Source: Lepidodermella squamata (Eukaryota > Animalia > Gastrotricha). Taken from it: 64,000 bases of DNA. The position numbers were made by a program, and so were the translations under genes. How positions within the stretch are numbered: the stretch's first letter is position 1; the number at the start of each line of letters is the position of its first letter. Below, in pieces: positions 44,401 through 56,497 of the stretch. Below the pieces are notes generated by a model, which saw nothing but the letters and a program-made list of their open reading frames with translations, was not told the DNA's origin and did no database searches. The stretch covers positions 2,480,001 through 2,544,000 of the forward strand of contig JBLDXI010000029.1 in assembly GCA_047495785.1 (NCBI GenBank), read 5' to 3'.

Positions 44401-47400
44401 TTGTCGTCAGCCGACGCCGGTGAGCTTGTTGACTTGGCGCTGGTTGGGCCGCAGTGCAATCCTCTACACATTACGGTAGGTCACGTTTTGTTGTTTTCTG
44501 CGTTTTTCCGCACTTGAGCGTTGTTGTTGTTCTAATGAAGCGCCGCCCGTAATCTGCTGGCTGTTATTAGCCATCTCAATTAGTTGCATTGTTTTTGATG
44601 ATCTGCCTTAATTGAATTTTTATCTGATTGAATGGCGCCTCATTGTGAAGATAATGTTTTACTGCGATTGTTCGAGCATAAATTTGGATGTCCGATTTTG
44701 GTAAAAATTCAAATGCTAAAAATTTTCGTTTCTAAGCTGTATTCGCGAACGGCAAATCCACACATCGTGTGCTCATTTGAGCATTTCAGAAAAAAATTAC
44801 ATGCATTTTGATCGGAGAAATTAGAAAAAATTAGAACGCTCAAATGATCACACTATGCAAGATAGCAAATTGTCTAATTATTCCAAATTTGTTATTAATT
44901 TGCCCTTTTCGTGGCTCTAATTTTTATTTCAAAATAATTGTGGGTACCTAATCATTTATTTTGCTCTTTTGTCACAAATTTCCTCGCTCGATTTTCATTC
45001 GCGCAATTAGCGAAGAACCAAGTTTTGAATTTTTTTATTAATTTTCGCCTTTGATTTTCCCAAAAAATATGAATGCGAAAGCAAAGCGTGTGAAATATTC
45101 GATCGTATTTTCTGAAATCTTTTAAGGAGACATTTTTGACAAATTGATTTGTTCTTTTTCTTGCAAACTGAAAAAGAGCGAGGACTTGAATCAAAACGAC
45201 AAAATAGCAAATTTAATAATATTTTGAATTTTTTTATCAATTTGCCCTTTTTGCGACTATAAGCGACTATAATTTTTCTTTAAAAATAATTGTGGGTAAT
45301 CATTTATTTTGCTCTTTTGTCATACAAATATCTTCGCTCTTATTTGCAGGGCGATTTTCATTGCGATTTTAAAAAGTTTTCAATTTTGTATTAATTTTTC
45401 GCGATTGATTTTCCAATAATGTCAATGCGTTTGAAATATTCGCTCGTATCTCGTAGTTTTTAAATCCATTAAGGGGGAATTTTCAAAAAATTGCATTGGT
45501 TCATTTTCTTGCAAATTTCTTCTTTTGCCAGAAAGAAGTCTTGTCAGAATGATTTCAGTTATATAAAATATAAAATCAATTTTTTCTTTAATTTACAGTG
45601 TTTTCATGGACTTGCTGCCAATCTAGCCGCCCTGATTCCGCTAATGCCATCTCTTGTTTCTGCTGCCGACGAGTACGGCTGGACCCCTCTCCACTACGCA
45701 GCAGCCTTGAAAAATTCCGAAGCCGCCTCGGACTGCGTTCAGCTGCTTCTAGCCGGCGGCGCGAGTGTCACGGCGAAAGAGTGCAAACACGGCTGGACCC
45801 CGTTGCACGTAGCCGCCTACTACGGCGTCGCGTCAACCGTTCGAATTCTCGTCGATTACGTGGTTAATTCGTCGGAGAATCAGTTGTCAACAACGGCGTT
45901 CGGGCAGGGCCGGCGGCCGTTGCTACCCGAACCGGCTAATTACATAAACGCGAGAGATCGCAAGTTGAGGACGCCTCTTCATTTAGCAATTACTAGTCGG
46001 CACAGAGAGTCGGTCTGTGTCTTGCTGCATCGTGGCGCTGATTTTAGAGCGAAAGATAAAGCCAGGTAAAAATATTAGTTAGAAAACATTATTTTCATGA
46101 TTTTAGCTGGGATTTTCAAATCTAAAGTATACTGGTTCTATGTCAATTGAGCAAACGAAAATTGGGCAACGAAAATAGAGCAAGGGCTTTTGAGCAACGA
46201 TATTAGAGCAAACGAAATTAGAGCAAACGAAAATAGAGCAAAACGACTTTTCGTCAAAATGAGATTAGAGCAAAACGACTCGAGAGCAAATTTTATTTAC
46301 AATAAATAACAGCTGCAATTAATTATTAAATGTGCTCTCGTGTCGTTTTGCTCTAAATTCGTTTGCTCTAATATCGTTGCTCAAAAGCCCTTGCTCTATT
46401 TTCGTTGCCCAATTTTCGTTTGCTCAATTGACATAGAACCAGTATATTATGCATTATTCGAGAGCGAATTAAAATTAATATTATATAGTGTAAGATAGCG
46501 TTTATAGATATCATTCAATAAATTATTCGAAATATCATATCAGAATAATTTCGATAAGACTCATCGTCCAAACTCGATTACAACTTTTTTCGAACATATT
46601 AGTGTTCAATACATATTAGTGGATTTCTTTCGCACAAACATTTTCTACTCGAAGGATTTTTCGAATATAACTTCAAGAACCTTCAAACATTTTTATTTAC
46701 AAATAATTCACAGCGTTGTTGGCTCACGCGCTTGGGAAGATTTTAATGAAGTTCAAGTTTCAAGTCAAAGATTTTAATAAAGAAAAAATTTAAGGTAAAT
46801 GAAGGAAATTTCGAGATAGTTCATTCGAAGATTAACTCGAGAAAAAACTCTCTAATATCATCCGTTGTAACAGTGGCTCTTGCGCGAGATATATTATCGG
46901 CTGTCGTAACCTTGATTTTACCTCGGTTGAACTTCAAAAAATCCAACTCAATCTTGGTTAAATATCTTTTCAATGAATACTTCGAATATTTAACTGAATG
47001 TATGCCAGCACGGCGATGCATGTAGAACCCCAAACTGGTTTCTCCAACACCCGATGATCTGAACCAAGGGCTATCCATCTTACCAGCAAAGCCAAGAGTT
47101 GATGAATTCGGCGTGAGCATCACTTGTAGATTTTTCTTCCGTTGTTGTTCAGTCAGTCGACCGCGCATTTTTGTGAACAGTTGGACGGGGGAGAAAGGCC
47201 CGCCAACGTCGTAAATTCGTCGAGGCTGGCTCGACCTAGCTCTGAATCACCTCTGAACACCATCTTTCCCTTGAAGTACGGAAACGTCCAATATGCGAGG
47301 ATTTGACAATAGGTGATGATAACGTTATTTTCTTCATCATCGAGTACTCGTTTTCTACCAATCTTCCGTGAACCAGCCATGGTAGCAATACGCCATACGG

Positions 47401-49270
47401 TTGTATGAGGAACTTAAAACTTGTACTTGTCTTCGAACATTTCACTGAGTCTCCCTGGTGACAACTTGGAATCCTCAGCTTACCATGCTTTAAGGTCATT
47501 CAGTTGCTCGTCAGTTAACAATACACGTTTACGCGGGGTCAGCTTATTGAAACGTCGAGAATCGTTCATAGATTTGAGTGTTTTTTAAGCTTTGAGTAAC
47601 CACTGGATATCGCGATGTCGAACAAACAACGATCAACAGAGCGATAAAGATCCAGCTATGCTTTAAATACATTGGAAGAAATGAGATAATAAGATGCCAT
47701 AGCCAAATTGAAGAAGTTTTTCAAATTTTCCCGTAACGGAAACTACGATGTAGTCACAAAATATTGTGTTGTACGCCGGGCCATCGGCTTCAGGCAGCTT
47801 CCTTGGAAAACGGACGACAATGGGCGTTCGGATGTCGTTTTCGACGCCGTCGGTCGTTTAAAAAACCTTCTTTATTCGAAAAAATGAATATAGAATATAG
47901 AATGCACAACAGCACTGAGAGGGTCTGCAGAAAGTAGGGTGTTGACGAAAATTACGTATTCATGATAACGGATAACGGATTTTACTGTCTATTCCTATTT
48001 TAGGCGTACTGCGTTACATCGAGCAATTTTCATCGGTGACACCGAGCTTGTTCAATGGTTATCAAAAGCCGAACCTCAGAGCCTGAATCAAAAGGACGGC
48101 GTGCTGGGCCGCAACGCGTTACACCTTGCTGTTACATGCGGAAACGCGGACATTGTCGAAGTTATCGCTTCAACCAACCCGAAACTCGTACTAGCCTGCG
48201 ATTCAGACGGCATTTCACCCCTTCACCTGGCAGCATGGCGCCGGGTCATCTCACCCACCAGTTTCAACTCAGCCTCGTACGAAGACCCGGTTTTAACGTG
48301 TCTACTCGACCAACTCGAGCCGGATTGGGTGGATAAATTACTGAAAAATTATCGGCAAAACTCAAAATTAACCCCGTTCCACTGCGCAGCTCTAGCAGAT
48401 CGAAGTTCAGCCTTTGAAAAGCTGTGTCAATCATTTTTCCGCGGAGATAAGGACCGGGAAAAGGAATTTCTCGGCGACTTCAAAGATTCTAGAGGCAGAT
48501 CGTTGTTCCACTCAGTTTTTGCCGCTGGTTCTTCGAGTGTTTTCCGGCTGCTATTGGACTCATTAAAAGTAACTGGGGTGTCTCAGCAATTAGCCGTGAG
48601 AGATAATTACCGGAAATGGACGCCGATTCAGTACGCGATATCAAACGGCCGGATGAGTTTGCTGCGTGAGGTTGGCGAATTGCTGGGCGAACCTGGGCTG
48701 GTCGACTCGTTCGGCGAAAGTCCAAACTGGCTGAGATTAGCCGCGATTCGGGGCCACGAATCTACGGCGTTATTCTTGCTAGAAACCTACCTCAGAGTCA
48801 ACGGCAAAGACGGTTCTGACGGGTGGGGTCACGCCGCCTTGAAACACTCGATTCGAAAGGGCCTGGTTCGATTGACGGAGGCGCTGTTGAAAATCGGGGT
48901 CAACCCGTTGTCAACCGGGTCGAAGAAATCGGCCCCGATTTTCTCGGCGTGTGCGACCGAGGGCCAGGTCGCGTGCTTAGCCCTGGCAATTTCTCATTGC
49001 AACAAGGTGAAAGAATGCTGGGGAGCGATTTCCAGCCCGATTTCCGACTCGGCTTCAAAATCCGCGCCGGTTGGTAGGACGAAATCGATGTATGACGATT
49101 TGGATGATGAGGAGGAGGAGCTGGGCGATGGCGGGGATACCACCTCGAATTCTGATATTGAAACGCTGACGCCGCCGAAAAGTTTGACGGCCGACAGTGG
49201 CAAGGGTACGCGTGAATCGGGTCGAAAGTCGTCGGCGTCCGGCTATTCGGACGACGGCGATTACTTCTGA
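41492..49270 (+). CDS. PP6 regulatory ankyrin-repeat subunit-like (ANKRD28/44/52 family); exons 41492-41704, 42177-42921, 43301-44475, 45599-46065, 48004-49270
   Basis: RTPLHAAAY...VNARD..LTPLHRAC...DKYWQTPLHIAA; frame-compatible GT-AG junctions. Confidence 0.85.
44895..45540 (+). repeat. Intronic diverged tandem duplication, ~340-bp period
   Basis: aatttgccctttt...aaaataattgtgggta...catttattttgctcttttgtca occurs at ~44897 and ~45239. Confidence 0.8.
46134..46440. mobile_element. 307-bp fold-back MITE, Mutator-like
   Basis: Perfect TIRs of ~80 bp starting ggttctatgtcaattgagcaaacg, built of gagcaa(a)cga subrepeats; flanks agtatact/agtatatt. Confidence 0.88.
46821..47569 (-). pseudogene. Decayed pogo/Tigger-like transposase N-terminal fragment (intronic)
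   Basis: VPHTTVWR...GRKRVLDDEENNVIITYCQILAYWTFP (CENP-B-type HTH) and NISRARATVTTDDIREFF; in-frame stops and interruption. Confidence 0.7.
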
Positions 49271-50723
49271 AAAATTCCATATTGCACCCGAGTCGATTGC
49301 AAAACGTGATACAAAAAAATGATTAAAATAATTATCTTACCAGTTTTTTTGCTGAATTATTATGATATAAAAATAAAACGTGGTTAGTGAATCTTTTTCT
49401 GGGACGCATTTTTCCTTTCTTCGTCGACACTGTTGATATTACTTCATAATTTTTCTGTGCATAAGAAACTGACTAAAACTTTTGTTATATATTATTCTAC
49501 TTTACTGTGATTTATTTCCCTCAAAAAATTATTGTATCAGGTGAAAATTATTATAACGACATTATGCTGTATGAATACTAAAAATATTGATCGAAATTGA
49601 TTGACCTACTAATTATATGTCTTTTGCTGATTTTGACTGTAAAACTCACAACGATCTCAATCGCATTGTCTATGTTTGCATAATTTTTATCAATATTAAT
49701 GCAAATTTAACTATGAGTTTTATTTCAAAAGATTAAAATTGCCGATTCTGGAAGTATTAATGCTGCAATTTTTGATTGTCGCATAGACTTGTACGCATAA
49801 AATCATGATCAAGTTCTTTCTGAATCATGAAATATCATTACCGCTCGTTTGTTTGCTTGTTTAACACTTGTCCCGACTTGACCCGAATTTTTACCCCACA
49901 ATTTTTATCTCACACCACCTGATTTCCCGTTTTTTGTTGTTGCTTTTTGTGCAATGCATGAAAACACGATTGAAAACGTATGCAGCTAATATAATATAAT
50001 TTTCATGATATGCGTTTGACTATTTGGATATAATATGGAGTCTATTGAATGCTAATTGAACAAGTGAACTAATAAATTTGTGGAAAAAACTAATTAACCG
50101 GTCGTTTTATACTTCGAATTTTCAGCTGCGGAAATTGGGCAAAACTGGTACAACCTGCCTGCAGAAATTTTGAAGAAAAAATATCAATTTTTCACTTTCT
50201 GAAAGATTACTTTCTCTATCAATTCCAGGTTTTTATTTCACACGAATTCCTTGAATTTCAAAAAAAAATCGAGAAGAACTTCGAAGAAGCTTGGATACAA
50301 AATACAAAAATGATTCGAAAATGAAAAAACTACGGTTTCGAGCAAAAATTCAGTGCAAAAAAACTTAGAACATAGCAGTTGGACCTTGTAGTGAAAGATC
50401 AGCTTTGAGAGCGGCGCGGGAAAAAGGGAAAAGCCTAAGTCAGAGCCATTGATACTTTTTGCACTAATTATCTAACGAACTATAGCAAAATAGGTATCAC
50501 ATCACGCGACTTTCCCCGGCTTCCTGAGCTTAGCAACGAAAGTTGAAACCAAACTTGATAGGTCGTCCAATTTGTTCAAAAGAGATCTCTGTCGGAGCCA
50601 GTTCACATGCAAGGGGAAAGAAGAAAAACTGCGTAGGATAACAATGAGATTCTAACCAGATTCGGATTATAATACCATATATAATTATATATTCGGATTA
50701 TAATATACCAGATAATAGCTAAG

Positions 50724-52087
50724 CTATTCGCTTTTAGACACTATTGCGTGATATTGAGGAATGAATACGAAAAATGTCAAGGTCGAGATGAGAACAATTA
50801 CCAAGTAACAATAAAAAGCGATGCTGTCGATAACCTCCGCTACTGAGGAGGGTGGAATTTCCGCCGCTCCGCCACCTGGCCTATTTAAATCTGCAGATGA
50901 CGCAGCCGAATCTCGATATTGACGCTTACGCCGGCACAAAATTCGAACCATAACTGACTTCGAGCTGCGTTTATTGTCGAGTAGAAATAAGCAAATACTT
51001 TGCACGAGTATCGCTATTGCAATGTAAACCGTCATGAGGCACAGGTAAATGGTCAGCATTGGTGGGTGGTCGGCGGAACGTGGCAGTTCTCCAGCTGTGA
51101 GTGTTTGGAACATTGCGTAAGCCAGCATACAGGTGAATGAAATCTCCAATCTTTCAACCCGTTTAGGCGAGGCTGCAAACGAAGCCAGCTCAATGACTGA
51201 AATTAGAGAGCTCGGAATTATGACGTTGAGAAGATAAAAACCAGGTTTTCTTCGGAAGGTCAGCTGGAACTTCATCGTGTCGAATGACAAGCTTGGGTCT
51301 GAGTATACAACTGATTCGTTCAAAACTCGCGAACCTATTATTTCCCACTGCTCGTGAGTTGTAGTGTTTTGTAAGTAAATAGCTGGTTCAAAAGGCATGA
51401 ACCTCTGATGAGTTCTAGGATATCGCCAACTTTCAAGGTGAACAATGCAATCTTGGGTATCAAACGGGAAAAGGGAGAGATCGAAGTCGCAGTGGAATGA
51501 TATGGATCCAGCCCCACCGAATCTGCTACTGCCATCCGATGCTATTCGGACGTAACTTTCCTTGTTTCGAGTTATCAGGTATACATCATCTGCATTCATC
51601 AAAGCGACTTCTGGCATCCATACCCCAGTGTGCTCACCGAACGGCAGCACTAGACTACTGATGCATGACAAAGGAAATGTTTCGTTCCATCGGTGAATTT
51701 CATCCATCCATTTCTTATTTTGTTAGATCAGCTCACATTAACATGATTTTAATGTTTTTAAAAGATGACTTACCACTGTGATGAAACCGTCAACGCTGAC
51801 TAACCGCATCCTCTCATCCTAATATATAGAAGTTATCATTTGGAACCGCTGATATCTTGCGATGAACTCACGATATCTGTTATGGAAAATATTCCAAAAC
51901 GAAGTTGCACAGTGATGGGCTTGCGAGCATCTTTAACTGGCCTTTCCCAATATTTGGAATCGCCAAAAACGGCTTCGGTGATGTTGCGGTCGTAAATCTC
52001 ACGGGGAAAATCAGCACACCGCTGCTGCTGGGTGTTTTCACTCTCAACAATCCGTAATACCCAAGAGACACAAAGTAAAAAGAACAT
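50724..52087 (-). CDS. Divergent Cys-loop channel subunit A (exons 52087-51872, 51818-51774, 51713-50724)
   Basis: Signal peptide, RPV, WMPEV, CDFDLSLFPFDTQDC, ESWRY, RRKPGFYLLNVIIP, 4 TM. Confidence 0.93.
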
Positions 52088-52419
52088 CTCAAATGCAAAG
52101 TCGACAGAATTTTGTGTGTAAAAATCGCAGGAGAAACGCACCTGGCGTCATAAAATCTTTGGTTTATTAATAATTTAACACGTCGCATTCGTTTGTTCGA
52201 TAATTCATAGCTTTGACGACAGTTTCAGGGTTAGCTTCTTCCTCTCCAACTATTATGCCATTCAACAGCAAGGGCCATGACAACTTCTACGCTGCTGGAT
52301 AAAAAACGACTAATATGGTTGAAAATAATAATACCTGAATGAATTGAAGCCGGAGGAACATAATCTTTAACTTGTACCTTAGACCGCGAGAAATGTTGAT
52401 GACATTGTATACGGAAACT

Positions 52420-52650
52420 ACCACCTCTGGTGGGCTGGCCGCCATCGGTGGTGCATGCAAGTTCTCGTGAACTTCGTAGCCATTTTTGCAAGAAGGGCGG
52501 CTGCAATTGTTGAGCGGATAAGATGGTGGCTGGCGTTCCTCATGAGTTCTCCGAAATCTCCTAGGATGTGAGGGAGAGTTGCATTCTCGTCGTTGCAATG
52601 GCGACAAAGGGTTCGTCGGTACTGCGTCGTGGGTTTTCTCGGTTGTAACA
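52420..52650 (-). mobile_element. Fragment of an RLE-type (R2/NeSL-like) non-LTR retrotransposon
   Basis: CRHCNDENATLPHILG...HHLIRSTIAAALL, frameshift, then NGYEVHE: zinc knuckle plus start of a restriction-like endonuclease. Confidence 0.75.
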
Positions 52651-53306
52651 CAAGTCGGCTCGCATATTTAGGGAGATGATGAAATCAAAGGTCGAAAGAC
52701 GGGACTTGTTTTTAATCCACTTGCTGCAGGAGGGCACTTCTTTACAGAGTTTGATGCCTCAGCCTTTGTGTGACTTGCTGAACGCATTGACGGAGCGTAG
52801 GATAGAACGTAGATGCTGCCCGCGGTTCGATTCGACGTCTTCGATTTCAGGTGCACTGATTTTGAGCGATTCGAGACATAATGTCATTCCACCCTCAAAA
52901 TTTCGAAAAAAGTTGAAATTTGGGTTGTTGAGTTTAGCTAGTTTCCTGCACGTACAATAGCCTCCCATTCGCTTCGCATGAGACCGCACCATTGTTTCGT
53001 TGCTTAAAGAAACGATGACGGCGTATCTTTCGGCAGATCTGGGGCCTGCTTCACAGCACTTCTGACCAGTCATTCCACGTTTCGAGAAAAGAGGCTGGCA
53101 GCTTTGCGAGGAGTGCAGTCTGGAGGGGAAGCGTCGGTCAGATATAAAAGAGTTGAAGTAATTTACCATTTTTATTATCCAATTAGCGTCACTTTCTCCT
53201 CCATGTCCAACATATACACATACAATCGGCAAGAAGGGGAAAGAGGAAAAACTTCGTGCGATAACAAAAATATTTCAACCAGATTCCGAATAAGATAATA
53301 GCTATG

Positions 53307-54661
53307 CTATTCGCTTTTAGACACAAGTGCGTGATACTGAGGAATGAATACAAAAAATGTCAAGGTTGAGATGAGAACAACTGCCAAGTAACAATAAAAA
53401 GCGACGCTATCTATAACCTCCGCTACTGAAGAGGGCGGAATGAAAATTTCGTCACCTGTCTGCTGCTCGTTTAGATCTGAAGATGATGCAGCCGAATCTC
53501 GCTTGCGCCGGCACAAAATTCGAACCAAAGCTGACTTCGAGCTGCGTTTATTGTCGAGTAGAAATAAGCAAACACTTTGGGCGAAAATAGCTAGTGCAAT
53601 GTAAATTGTCATGAGACATAGGTAGATGGTCAGCATGGGCGGGTGGTCGGCTGAACGTGGCAGTTCTACGGCCGTGAATGACTGGAACATAGCGTAAGCC
53701 AGCATGCAGGTGAATGAAATCTCCAATCTTTCAACCCGTTTAGGCGAGGCTGCAAACGAAGCCAGCTCAATGACTGAAATTAGAGAGCTCGGAATTATGA
53801 CGTTAAGGAGATAAAAACCAGGTTTTCGTCGAAATGTCAGCTGCAACTTCATCGTATCGAATGTTACGCTAGGGTCCGCGTACAAAACTGAATTGTTTAA
53901 AACTCTAGTCCCAATTATTTCCCACTGCTCGTGAATTGTAGTGTTTTGCAAAGAAATAGCTTGTTCGAAGATCTGGAACCTCTGATGAGTTCTGGGATAT
54001 CGCCAACTTTCAAGGTGGACAATGCAATCTTGGGTATCAAACGGGAAAAAGGAGAGGTCGAAATTGCAATGGAATGATACGAGTCCTGCACTACTGAATC
54101 TGCTGCTGCCATCCGATGCAATTCGGATGTAACTTTGCTTGTCCCGAGTTACCAGGTAGACATCATCTGCATTCATCAAAGCGACCTCTGGCAGCCATAC
54201 CCCAGTGTGCTCACCAAACGGTAGCACCAGACTACTGATGCATGATAGAGGAAATGTTTCGTTCCATCGGTGAATTTCATCTGTCCATTTCTTATGTTTA
54301 GATCAGCTCTCGTTCATTTGATTTTAGCTTTAAGTTAGTGACTTACCATGGTGATAAATCCGTTAACGCTGACCAAACGCATCCTCTCATCCTATTAAAA
54401 AAAGTGTTGGAAGCCGCTGATATTAGGCGAGAAACTCACGATATCATCTATGGATAATATTCCGAACCTAAGCAGCACAGTGATGGGCTTGCGAGCATCT
54501 TTAACTGGCCTCTCCCAATATTTGGAGTCACCAAAAATGGCTTCGGTGATGTTGCGGTCTTGAATCTCACGTGGATAATCAGCACACCTTTGCTGCTCGG
54601 AGTTTTCAGCCTCACCGATCCGTAATATTACAAAACTGACACAAAGTATGAGATATAACAT
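53307..54661 (-). CDS. Divergent Cys-loop channel subunit B, tandem paralog of A (exons 54661-54440, 54391-54347, 54290-53307)
   Basis: Same exon structure as A; Cys-loop CNFDLSFFPFDTQDC. Confidence 0.93.
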
Positions 54662-55654
54662 TGCTAATGCAAATTCGACAGAGTTGGTGATAAAAAATCA
54701 CAGGTGAAACGCACCTGGGTGTGGTAATAAAATTAGGTGTTTTCTTAATAATTTATCACATCGCATTCGTTTGTCGATAATTTACTGCCAACCGGACACA
54801 AGTCATAGCTTTGCCGACGGTTTTACAATGTTTAGCTTATACCTAGCTTGCCATTCAACAGCCATGAAAACTTGTACGTTAGATATTATATAGTATATTT
54901 ATAAAAAATACTGAAGATATTATGACACTAGCACAGTTATGCTACGATGATAATCACGCGACAATTGGGCCCTATATAAATGTAGCCGAAAACTTCGAAA
55001 AAATTTAATCTCTGAAACGCAAGTTGTATGAGGATTCGATGGCTTTACGTCAGCGGGTACCAAATGATAAGCTGTAATTTTCTTGGAGTTTTCGGAGACT
55101 GATGTTTATTTTTAATTAATTTTTGAAAAATTTGCAATACTGCGCATTTGACTGCAAAGAAGCATAACAAGAAGCACATGTAAGTGCCATGTCTTCAGTA
55201 TTTTTTATCTATGCTGGATAAAACACGATGCAACACGACGCACGGGCTGGTTGGAATAACTGACATATGATGAAGCTGTGGGAACACAAGTTTTGCCTTA
55301 AAATTGTGCATAGGCTCGAGTTGACTGGGCGAAATTTCATTTTCTATACACTCGGGAACATGACAGCTTTGCTAAAACCGGGTCAAAACTGGTAAAACTA
55401 AGAAAGGTCATGCGTGCAAAAAATTCTGAATAAGTTCATTTTGACTTTTGTAACCTTTTATTACTAATTGCTAGCGCTGAAATTTTTTCATTCCAAATGT
55501 AATTTTGAAGACTACGAAATAAAGGATGTTCACTGACAAAACACAGGAAATTCGGATGACCGAGCCGCAAGCTCTATTTCGTTACCGTTACTGAGTCATC
55601 TTTGAAAGGCGCTCCTAATTTGCTTCAAAACGTCCTTTTGAACACTAAAATGTT

Positions 55655-56015
55655 GGGTCTTCCTGTTACCGGAACCAAATTTACAGTGAACGGAACCAAA
55701 TTTGCTGTTAGCGGAACCAAATTTTAGAATTTTCTAGTGGCCTGAAATCGGTTTTCGGATATTTATTGCATGTCAAAATTGGCCACAATAATTCTAGAAA
55801 ATTCACCAGTGAATTCAGCGCAACATTCTCTATAGCACGCAGTGTTCAATTCAGAATTCATGCTTAAAATTCTTAGAAATATTCCAAAAATGACTAAGTA
55901 TATTTCGAGTTTGGTTCCGCAAAAAGCAAATTTGGTTCCGCTACAGCATATTTGGTCCCGCTACAGCATATTTGGTTCCGATACAGCAAATTTGGTTCCG
56001 CTAAAAGATATTCCC
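55655..56015. mobile_element. 361-bp Mutator-like MITE
   Basis: 9-bp TSD taaaatgtt; GGG/CCC ends; inverted arrays of cggaaccaaattt. Confidence 0.88.
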
Positions 56016-56190
56016 TAAAATGTTACTCGTTCAATATTTGAAAACTATCAATTTTTTCGCTTTCCAACCTTTGTTCAACTGCAAGGCGGCAAAAAGTGCG
56101 GTAAAGCGGTTTATCTCTCCCTGGTTAAGCATTCTGAACCTCATGGTTATGGAATGGAAAGCGTTTGAAAAAATTCGACTAGGATAGGAA

Positions 56191-56254
56191 AGGACGATAA
56201 GGAGGATAAGGACGATAAGGACGATAAGGAGGATAAGGAGGACGATAAGGAGGA
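56191..56254. repeat. 9-bp tandem repeat (aggacgata/aggaggata)
   Basis: About 7 units seen directly. Confidence 0.9.
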
Positions 56255-56497
56255 AAAAATTCGGCTTTTCCTTACCCACTTTTGCACCAGTTATTGCAGA
56301 GCCTCATTCGATGAGAGTTGATTTTTCCACAAAAGAGTTCAGTAATTTTCCATTTTTATTATCCATTTCATCCGTAAAAATTATAATTTTTTTTCAAACA
56401 AACAAGTCAGATATAATAATGTTGAGTAGCCATTTTTGCCATTTTGAAATAGCAGCGCGATCATCGCCAACATAATGCACAAAATTTCAACAATCAT

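Noticed and set aside
56031-56279. Hydrophobic LIVLIL ORF resembling a signal anchor
   Set aside because: Produced by the 9-bp tandem repeat
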